A program made the translations under genes and the position numbers. The notes beneath the pieces were generated by a model, which was given only the letters and a program-made list of their open reading frames with translations, had not been told where the DNA came from and did not search any database. A stretch of 64,000 nucleotides of DNA from a virus. The stretch lies in the IMG/VR virus record IMGVR_UViG_3300042341_001047; one strand, written 5' to 3'. Shown one piece after another: positions 56,706 through 64,000 of this stretch (position 1 is the stretch's first letter; every line of letters starts with the position of its first letter).

Positions 56706-57830
56706 ATGAAAGTTTTTATTACAACCGATTGGCATTTTGGAGTATATCTAAATAACCTAGATAAATGGTTAGATATGATGGAAGATTACTTCTACAACTC
56801 TTTTATCCCATACATCAAAGAAAATTCAAAACCAGGAGACATTCTTATTCATTGTGGTGACTTATACGACAATAGAACATCTATTCCTATCATTGCATCA
56901 TATAAGGCAGAGAAAATACTTATAGAGCTATCTAAAATACTACCACTACATATTATAGTAGGTAATCACGACCTTTGGAATAAAGGATCTAATGATATAA
57001 ACTCAGTTAGGTTATTCAATCACGTTCCAAATGTGTCAGTTTACACACAAACAACATCTATTGACTTAGATGGTCAAAAATTGATTCTTATGCCTTGGGT
57101 AGAAAAGAGATTAGATATGATTAAAGAAATTGATAGTAATCCAGGTGATTATCTTTTCTGTCACTCTGATTTAAATGGATGTTTAATGCACTTAAATTCA
57201 GTTGCTCACAGAAATGCTGATAAAATCGATGTTGATAACTTTGGAAAATACAAACACGTTTTTTCAGGACATATTCACATTCGACAAACTAACAAAAACT
57301 TCTCTTTTATCGGATCTCCTTACCAAATGGATAGGAATGATATGGGTGATCAAAAAGGTATAACTATACTTGATTTATCAAGTGATAAAGTTACTTTTGA
57401 ACCAAATACATATTCACCAGTATTTAAAAAATTCAGAGTTGTTAACGAAGAAGATATTGATAAGTTAGATGAGTTAAAAGATACTAAAGATTATATAGAT
57501 TTAGCTATATCAAACAATCTTTTAATTAGTAATAGAAAGCTTCGTAGAAAGTTAGAAGTGATGTTAGAAAAAGGTAATTTTGCTTCTGTAGAGTATATTG
57601 ATGATATTACTAAAGAATTAGTAGATGGTGAAGAAGTAAATGAATCCAATGACATTGAATTTGATGAAAATGGAATGGAAATATCTGTTCAATTAGAATA
57701 CGAGGATTATATCAAAGAGTATATCTTGAAACAAAAATATGATAGTGATAATTTCAAATCAGGAATTGTAAATGAATTTGATGAAGTCATTAAGATATAC
57801 AATGAAAATTATAAAGTCAAATCTGACTAA
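56706..57830 (+). CDS. recombination nuclease (gp47/SbcD/Mre11-like)
   Basis: TDWHFG, GDLYD, GNHD, FSGHIH, GSPYQ. Confidence 0.88.
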   Translation: MKVFITTDWHFGVYLNNLDKWLDMMEDYFYNSFIPYIKENSKPGDILIHCGDLYDNRTSIPIIASYKAEKILIELSKILPLHIIVGNHDLWNKGSNDINSVRLFNHVPNVSVYTQTTSIDLDGQKLILMPWVEKRLDMIKEIDSNPGDYLFCHSDLNGCLMHLNSVAHRNADKIDVDNFGKYKHVFSGHIHIRQTNKNFSFIGSPYQMDRNDMGDQKGITILDLSSDKVTFEPNTYSPVFKKFRVVNEEDIDKLDELKDTKDYIDLAISNNLLISNRKLRRKLEVMLEKGNFASVEYIDDITKELVDGEEVNESNDIEFDENGMEISVQLEYEDYIKEYILKQKYDSDNFKSGIVNEFDEVIKIYNENYKVKSD

Positions 57831-57858
57831 AAAAACCCATCTTTAGGATGGGTTTTTT
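57829..57858. terminator. bidirectional intrinsic terminator
   Basis: AAAAAACCCATC-TTTAG-GATGGGTTTTTT. Confidence 0.7.
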
Positions 57859-58109
57859 GTTAACTTTATTTTTAAATCATTTGTTCCTTTTATTAATCGA
57901 TGATAAGTACCCATTGGTATAAATACTTCTCCTTTTATTTCTTTAGGTAGTTCATTGTCAATTTGAATTAACCAATCTGTTTCACCAATAGACTCAATTA
58001 TTCTATCTTCTCTATCACGATGCCACATAAACTCACCAGAATCGACCATCTGACTGAATTCTCTGATAAAAGTGTTATCACTTAATTTATTTTCTTGAAA
58101 TGGTAACAT
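57843..58109 (-). CDS. cupin-like small protein
   Basis: WHRDREDR ... FIP.GTYHRLIKG. Confidence 0.6.
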   Translation of the reverse strand: MLPFQENKLSDNTFIREFSQMVDSGEFMWHRDREDRIIESIGETDWLIQIDNELPKEIKGEVFIPMGTYHRLIKGTNDLKIKLTKNPS

Positions 58110-58693
58110 TATATAATCTTATTAAAATTTTCAATTAAAGACTCATCAAATATTGCTACATTTTTAGAACCTCTTTCTACTACATAAAATCCATCATATC
58201 CTTTAGACTTTATTTGATTGATAATTGGATCAGACTCAACAACTCTCCAAGCTCCATTTTTTACTCTCCATAGATAATGATAAACACTTTGTTCTTTTTC
58301 TGTTATATCAAATTCCTCATCTGTGTCCGGATTATATCCTTTCATACCATTACTAACTTTGATAAACTTAGTACCATTTACCTCATCGATATAATTATTA
58401 TCTATCATTTTTTGAATCACTGTAACTAAATCTAATTCTTTCATTGTTTCAATATCCATTAGATTACATAACTTAATATTAGATTTAAGTTTAACTTCAA
58501 AAACAGAGGCATCAGGAAATTCATCTTTCTCATCAAGTGAGGCAAAGTTTTTAGCAAAGTCTAAATTATTCGTTAAAAATATAGCACCTGCGAATCTTTT
58601 CTTTTCAGGTGGAAAATCACCTTTTCTGTTACCATGATATAATTTTTCACTTGTAGTAGATTCAAATAATTGATATGTTTTTAAGTATTTCAT
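58109..58693 (-). CDS. ADP-ribosyltransferase-like protein with capsid-targeting-like N-terminus
   Basis: LYHG...GAIFLT.N..FAKNFA...GYDG; MKYLKTYQLFES. Confidence 0.5.
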   Translation of the reverse strand: MKYLKTYQLFESTTSEKLYHGNRKGDFPPEKKRFAGAIFLTNNLDFAKNFASLDEKDEFPDASVFEVKLKSNIKLCNLMDIETMKELDLVTVIQKMIDNNYIDEVNGTKFIKVSNGMKGYNPDTDEEFDITEKEQSVYHYLWRVKNGAWRVVESDPIINQIKSKGYDGFYVVERGSKNVAIFDESLIENFNKII

Positions 58694-58696
58694 ATA

Positions 58697-59269
58697 TTAC
58701 CAAAAACCGGGATAAGTGCGTCCTCCAAAAAGATGACCATATTTATTGAGTCTGCAGCTCCAATATCCAGCTTTAGTCTTATCTTTCTTTAAATGACATT
58801 GGTGTCTAGCAGCAAATGACTTTCTTGCCTTAGGATTACTAACTTTAGCAGTTAACCCACCATGAACATCACCAAAAGAAATCTTTTTAACATTTCCTTT
58901 TGCACTCTTGACATATACATAGTATTTTTTAACACCACCACGCATTGGATAATTTAATTTAACATCTTTACCTTTATATTCGGCTTCCTCTCTTATCTCT
59001 TCTATATTTTCCATAGGTAAATCTAAAGGAACTAGTTCACCATTGAACATTCCAAACTTACCAATATCAGTTGATTCATATAATTCTTTATCAACATCAC
59101 ATAGATTAACTTTACCTAAATCAAATAATTGTCTAGCTTCTTTGATAACTTCATAGAAAGCTTCTGAACCTGGTCTGAATATATTTTCAGTAATAGGTTT
59201 ATTATTCTCTAGGTGGTATTTAAGAGACTCTGATACATTAACAGATTCTGTGAATTTTATAATCTTCAT
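58697..59269 (-). CDS. conserved phage protein (DUF6321-like basic C-terminus)
   Basis: KKISFGD, ARKSFAARHQC, AGYWSCR; MKIIKFTES. Confidence 0.55.
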   Translation of the reverse strand: MKIIKFTESVNVSESLKYHLENNKPITENIFRPGSEAFYEVIKEARQLFDLGKVNLCDVDKELYESTDIGKFGMFNGELVPLDLPMENIEEIREEAEYKGKDVKLNYPMRGGVKKYYVYVKSAKGNVKKISFGDVHGGLTAKVSNPKARKSFAARHQCHLKKDKTKAGYWSCRLNKYGHLFGGRTYPGFW

Positions 59270-59283
59270 AAATTATATATTTT

Positions 59284-59712
59284 TTATTGATTAGCAATTG
59301 AATTTATAAAGTCTGAAATATTCATAACTTTAACATCATTTTCTGGGTTTGATTGTTCAACCTCTTCAACTTCACCACTACAAGTACAATCCTGACAACA
59401 TCCACAATCTTCTTGACCATTACATTGATCACAACATCCACATCCAACTTCTTGAGTAGGTACTTGAGGTTCTTGTGAGAATTCTTCTCCTTCAGGTTTA
59501 ACCCCAACTTCGATTTCGATTGTAAAGTTTTCGAAATTTTTAATCTTTCTTAGTTTATCAAATTCTTTTTTAACCTTTTCTTGATCTTCAACTTCTGTTT
59601 TAAATGATGGCTTCTCATCTTTATCAGCTAAAACCTCTACATTAAAAAGAACTTCTTGGTCTTTGACTTTCTCATCCTTTTTTGTTTCGTTAAATTTTTT
59701 AATTTGTATCAT
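59284..59712 (-). CDS. acidic protein with Cys cluster and capsid-targeting-like N-terminus
   Basis: MIQIKKFNE; CGCCDQCNGQEDCGCCQDCTC. Confidence 0.6.
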   Translation of the reverse strand: MIQIKKFNETKKDEKVKDQEVLFNVEVLADKDEKPSFKTEVEDQEKVKKEFDKLRKIKNFENFTIEIEVGVKPEGEEFSQEPQVPTQEVGCGCCDQCNGQEDCGCCQDCTCSGEVEEVEQSNPENDVKVMNISDFINSIANQ

Positions 59713-59722
59713 AGTTTATTAT

Positions 59723-60097
59723 TTATTTTTGGCTTAATTTTTTTACAATTAAAGCACATTTTTCATATTCCTCTTCGGATTCCAACTCATCTTTATATTC
59801 CATAAGTTGTTTTCTATCACCTAATTCTAATTTAAGTCTGAATCTAACTTCTCTTAATTCATCCATATTATTAACTTCAGAGTCTATTAATTTATCAATA
59901 ACATCTCTATCAAATTGCGACATTTTTAGAAATTGATTCCAGTTATAAACATCATTCTCAGATAGAAAGTCTAAAATATTAACAACACAAGAATCAACTC
60001 TACTAAGTTTAGTAGTCTTGTTCTTTTTCTTAGAGTTATTAAATATCTTCTTAAAAAACTCTTCGTTGATAAATTGATTATATCTGTTAATTTTCAT
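59723..60097 (-). CDS. protein with capsid-targeting-like N-terminus and UVR-like C-terminus
   Basis: MKINRYNQFINEE; ELESEEEYEKCALIVKKL; ATG 60097 follows a late motif. Confidence 0.55.
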   Translation of the reverse strand: MKINRYNQFINEEFFKKIFNNSKKKNKTTKLSRVDSCVVNILDFLSENDVYNWNQFLKMSQFDRDVIDKLIDSEVNNMDELREVRFRLKLELGDRKQLMEYKDELESEEEYEKCALIVKKLSQK

Positions 60098-60167
60098 ACT
60101 CTTATATATTAAATTCACTTACTAAGAAAAGATAAATTAATATATATGTAAAAGTTTACATTATTAA

Positions 60168-63100
60168 ATGTCAAATCATAAAAACCTATTATTCTTCAAC
60201 AAAGAAGGAGATTATTTAAATTTCAACTACAACTATACGACAGATAGATTTGAAGGAGATTTACTTTTTCACGAAAACTCTTCAGATACTTTCAAAACAT
60301 TAGGAATTTATATGTTGGAGAATATACCATCATTTGAGTTCGAACTACCTGGAACGCTAACCTTAAATAAATTCCAGTTATTCAATGAATATGGATTGTT
60401 TTTCTATAATAGCAAATATGAGAATCAAAGTATTAATAGAATTGAACCCATTAACAATGATCCAACATTTTATTCGAAATGGATATTTGGTGATAACTTT
60501 GAAAAGAAATTTCCAATAGGTAGTATAATTAGATTTGATTCAGTATTTTTAGAGTTCAACAATCCTACACAAACTTATACCGTTGTATCAACGAAAAAAG
60601 GAGCTGTAATGATTATAAGTTCTGTTGATAATGCAACATTTGAGTCAATGTATATTTCACAATATTCCGATCAGTCAATATATGTAGGAAGAACAATATC
60701 AGCAATAAATGGAATTGGAGTTTATAATTATATAAATAGTTTATATAGTGATAATCTTTCTTATTGGAATGAACCACAATTTTATGATAAATTATATAAA
60801 AAGAAAAAATTAAATATAATAAACTCACAATTAAATGATGGGATTTACACAGTAAAAGAAGAAGAACTAACAGATAACAAACACTTTGAATACTACACAT
60901 CAGGAATGAATGGTGAAGATATAATAATTGAGGTTGTTAGTAAAACAGATTTACCAAGAATATATGATGGTGGTTTAAATATAAACCAAGTATCAAATCA
61001 AATAACATCAGGTGGTGAGATTTTAACATTCTCATACACATCAAATGTAGGAGCTAACGGACCATATACATCATTAACTTCAAATGGCGCATCATCTTCC
61101 GTAACGGGAACTGGTGGATTATTTGATGTTGTAGTTTCCGGTGGTGTTGTATCATCAGTTACAATAAATAAAATAGGTAAACAATATACTGTTGGTGATT
61201 TATTTGTTATAGATGGTGTATCTATAGGTGGTAGCACAATAATAGATGATATTTATATAACTATAAATAGTGTAGCGGACCCGATAGTAAGTGTAGAAAA
61301 TAAAATATACTTCTCTAGTAGTGTTCCGGATATATTAAAACCTGGTAGAGAATTTAAAATAATAGGCTCAACAACAAATCAAAACTTCTTTACTATAGCT
61401 AATATTCCTACATTTACGGGAAACACACAAGAAACATTCTACGGAACTCAATCACAAGTTCTTTGGAATAATAAAATATATCAATGTATATTAGCTTATA
61501 CTCAAAGTTTTACTGGAGCAACTCAGTTTGTAGATCCATATACAACAGAATATTGGTCACCGTCCATAAGTTATATAAAAGTTGACCAAGTAGTAACACC
61601 TGAAATATTACTAGGTGCTCAAATATACCTAACAACTGATAGAATATATTTTGGATATGGATTCACATATAGCACGGCAGCAACTTTAGCATCTGCTGCT
61701 GAAAAATATAAAGATGATTTAAAGTCATTTAATATTGATTTATTTTATGAAAATAATAAATTAAAGGCAGATTTAATATATCCGAGTAAATATGCAGAAG
61801 TAAATTTCTATCAAAATCAAATTGGACCAACATATTCAATAGGAAATGTTACACAAACATATGAGAGAGTGACTCAAGTAGAAGAGTCTGTAAACTCTGA
61901 ACTAAATTATGATATATCTCAAAATATTTTGGTCAATATTGTATTTACAGATATAGATGAATATGGATTTAAAGTTATTATAAACGGACAAGTTTATCAA
62001 GAAGAATTAGCAGCGATATACAGCGGTGGTCTTTTAGATATGCAAAGAACAATTGACAGAACTCTTAGAAATTGGCTAGCTAGACATTATACAGAACTAA
62101 TAGGATTAGGTATAATAGCTGATATACAATACACGGGTCCTATATTTTCACCATTTGTAAACTCAATAAAACTACAAACACAATATCCGAATGTTCCTTT
62201 AATAATAGATGATATTTTTGTAGGGATAACTGCTGATTATTATATTGAACACTCTAGAGTTCTTTTTAGTAACAATGATTATACTAATACTAGACCAACT
62301 ATTGGACCAGTTTTAACTTTAACTATAAATGACGATGAATTTAGTCAAAATACAATATATCAAACCGGATCATATTCACAATATCCTGATATTCCGGCTA
62401 CTTTATCAGCATGGGTTGATGAACACGGAGACTATTTAAGAACATTTGGAATTTTAGTAACACCTATAAATAATTTACTAAAATTTGATGTTAAAAGATT
62501 AGATAGGAGACTTGATTACACTATAAACACAGGCAAATTATCAATACCAGGTATTATAGACTACACAATAACTAAAAAAATAAAGGGTAATGATGGTTTA
62601 CTTATAACCTCAAATGAGGTATCTTTACCTACTGATTTAGTATCATTTGAAGATGCTGGATTTGCAACAGGAATGGTTTTCTCTATTAATAATACCATAC
62701 ATCCTTATAACAATCAAGAGTTTGTTATTCAATTTTTGGATCCACAAGTCTTAAATTTAAGTTATCAGGGACCATTCTGGGGATTAACATCTGGAATTTG
62801 TAATTCATCAGCATTTATCACATTAGCATTTGACACTGGATATGGACAAACAGCATGTGATGGACCTATTGTTGGACCAACTCCTAGTGGAGCAGGACCA
62901 TATCAAATAGGAGCATTTGATCCATCAGCATTTACTTTAACATATAATCCAAATACTTATACACTAAACACATATAATCTTCAAGGTTATCCAGGAACAT
63001 CAGGCTTAGTAGACTTAATCTATGTTCAGTTATCTAATTCAATTTATGCTTTTGGAGATGACTTAACGGTAATGGATTCATATATAACTAGCTATTTAAC

Positions 63101-64000
63101 AACAGTCTATTTACCTGGAAATACTCAAAGTATTGAGATAGAGTATAACTCATATAATAACTATCTTTATTGTTTATCAAAGAATAATATATTCGTAGTT
63201 GATCCTCTACTAAATACATTAGTAGCAACAATGTCACTTGCTAATAACGCACATGATATGGAAATCAATCCAAACAATGGTGATATTTATGTAACATATG
63301 ATAATAGTCCAAATATTGATATTTGGGACTATACAAATACATTAGCTGTGACTTTAGGAACATCATCACTTAATTTTCCACCATCTGCAACATCTTGTGG
63401 AAAGATGGTATTTAATGAATTTGAAGGTGATATGTATGTAATAACAGATGCTAATCAAACTCTTAGAATAAATGGAGGTCCTAGTTTACCAGGATACTTA
63501 CCACCAAATTCATCAAATCCTAATAGAACAATACAAACAACTTATGGTATACCAGGATTAACAAATTCAATATTCTATGAACCTATTAATGAAGCTATTT
63601 ATGTTTATGGTTCTTCTAGTTTATGGAAAATTGACAATGGTGTGTCTCAGTCAATTTCTGGAATAACAACACAACCATTTAATGATATTATATTTAATAA
63701 TCTAACAGGTGAGATGAACATTTCAGATTCATCAACATCATTTAAATCTCTTAATCTATCTACTGATGCCATTACAATAAATACTGGAGTATCAAACTAT
63801 GGTTATTTAGCATTAAATCAATTTGACGGAGATGTTTATTTATCATCACTTTCATCAAATAGTGTTAGTGTAATTAGACCAACAACAGGAGCAGTGGTTC
63901 AAACAGTTCCTTTACCTTCTGGTAGTACAAGAATTATATACAATCCAGACAGAAGATCAGTTTGGGTAATAGAACCATCTACCAATACGATAACAGAAGT
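60168..64000 (+). CDS. very large virion structural protein (baseplate/fibre-like) with beta-propeller repeats; runs off the window end
   Basis: MSNHKNLLFFNKEGD...; same frame at the window end (VWVIEPSTNTITE); YVTN-like repeats after about 62950; not every codon was checked. Confidence 0.75.
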   Translation, partial: MSNHKNLLFFNKEGDYLNFNYNYTTDRFEGDLLFHENSSDTFKTLGIYMLENIPSFEFELPGTLTLNKFQLFNEYGLFFYNSKYENQSINRIEPINNDPTFYSKWIFGDNFEKKFPIGSIIRFDSVFLEFNNPTQTYTVVSTKKGAVMIISSVDNATFESMYISQYSDQSIYVGRTISAINGIGVYNYINSLYSDNLSYWNEPQFYDKLYKKKKLNIINSQLNDGIYTVKEEELTDNKHFEYYTSGMNGEDIIIEVVSKTDLPRIYDGGLNINQVSNQITSGGEILTFSYTSNVGANGPYTSLTSNGASSSVTGTGGLFDVVVSGGVVSSVTINKIGKQYTVGDLFVIDGVSIGGSTIIDDIYITINSVADPIVSVENKIYFSSSVPDILKPGREFKIIGSTTNQNFFTIANIPTFTGNTQETFYGTQSQVLWNNKIYQCILAYTQSFTGATQFVDPYTTEYWSPSISYIKVDQVVTPEILLGAQIYLTTDRIYFGYGFTYSTAATLASAAEKYKDDLKSFNIDLFYENNKLKADLIYPSKYAEVNFYQNQIGPTYSIGNVTQTYERVTQVEESVNSELNYDISQNILVNIVFTDIDEYGFKVIINGQVYQEELAAIYSGGLLDMQRTIDRTLRNWLARHYTELIGLGIIADIQYTGPIFSPFVNSIKLQTQYPNVPLIIDDIFVGITADYYIEHSRVLFSNNDYTNTRPTIGPVLTLTINDDEFSQNTIYQTGSYSQYPDIPATLSAWVDEHGDYLRTFGILVTPINNLLKFDVKRLDRRLDYTINTGKLSIPGIIDYTITKKIKGNDGLLITSNEVSLPTDLVSFEDAGFATGMVFSINNTIHPYNNQEFVIQFLDPQVLNLSYQGPFWGLTSGICNSSAFITLAFDTGYGQTACDGPIVGPTPSGAGPYQIGAFDPSAFTLTYNPNTYTLNTYNLQGYPGTSGLVDLIYVQLSNSIYAFGDDLTVMDSYITSYLTTVYLPGNTQSIEIEYNSYNNYLYCLSKNNIFVVDPLLNTLVATMSLANNAHDMEINPNNGDIYVTYDNSPNIDIWDYTNTLAVTLGTSSLNFPPSATSCGKMVFNEFEGDMYVITDANQTLRINGGPSLPGYLPPNSSNPNRTIQTTYGIPGLTNSIFYEPINEAIYVYGSSSLWKIDNGVSQSISGITTQPFNDIIFNNLTGEMNISDSSTSFKSLNLSTDAITINTGVSNYGYLALNQFDGDVYLSSLSSNSVSVIRPTTGAVVQTVPLPSGSTRIIYNPDRRSVWVIEPSTNTITE

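Noticed and set aside
46852-61237. Short ORFs inside the 46856, sheath, hub and 60168 genes
   Set aside because: Antisense or off-frame shadows of long genes.
1-64000. Stop-codon reassignment
   Set aside because: Core genes are full length in code 11, and TAG/TGA end genes at sensible positions.
1-64000. Eukaryotic giant virus or bacterial chromosome
   Set aside because: T4-type portal, capsid, sheath, terminase and gp55-like sigma, together with tmRNA and intrinsic terminators, indicate a tailed bacteriophage despite GSII, RFC-like and RNase R genes.

Overview
64 kb of a very AT-rich, gene-dense, T4-like jumbo myovirus genome using the standard genetic code, with scrambled, strand-switching gene order. 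Core genes: major capsid protein (MCP), prohead protease fused to a repetitive scaffold, portal, large terminase, tail sheath, tail tube, gp2/gp4/gp15/gp25/gp26/gp51-like proteins, gp55-like late sigma factor, clamp loader, gp47-like nuclease, and a >1270-aa structural ORF running off the right end that the ORF track missed. The host is probably Bacteroidota (TAnnTTTG promoters, Bacteroidota-like tmRNA resume context, DUF6576-like motifs). Accessory genes include a one-piece tmRNA with an atypical T-loop and a 29-aa tag, RNase R, stand-alone NFACT-R, ClpS, glutamine synthetase II, two M28 peptidases, NADAR, a 2H phosphoesterase, a Dam-type methylase and glycosyltransferases. Main observation: at least seven scattered ORFs share a short R-x-x-(K/A/S)-(I/L)-(D/N/Q)-x-(I/L)-(L/F/I) tag, and most are truncated or apparently inactive copies of essential phage proteins (3 MCP, 2 prohead protease including an unannotated 56-aa ORF, 1 possible helicase). 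This is a candidate tagged-decoy system. Also: about 15 proteins share a T4-like capsid-targeting N-terminus, and three promoter classes can be read from the DNA. All assignments come from motif recognition by eye; no database search was run.
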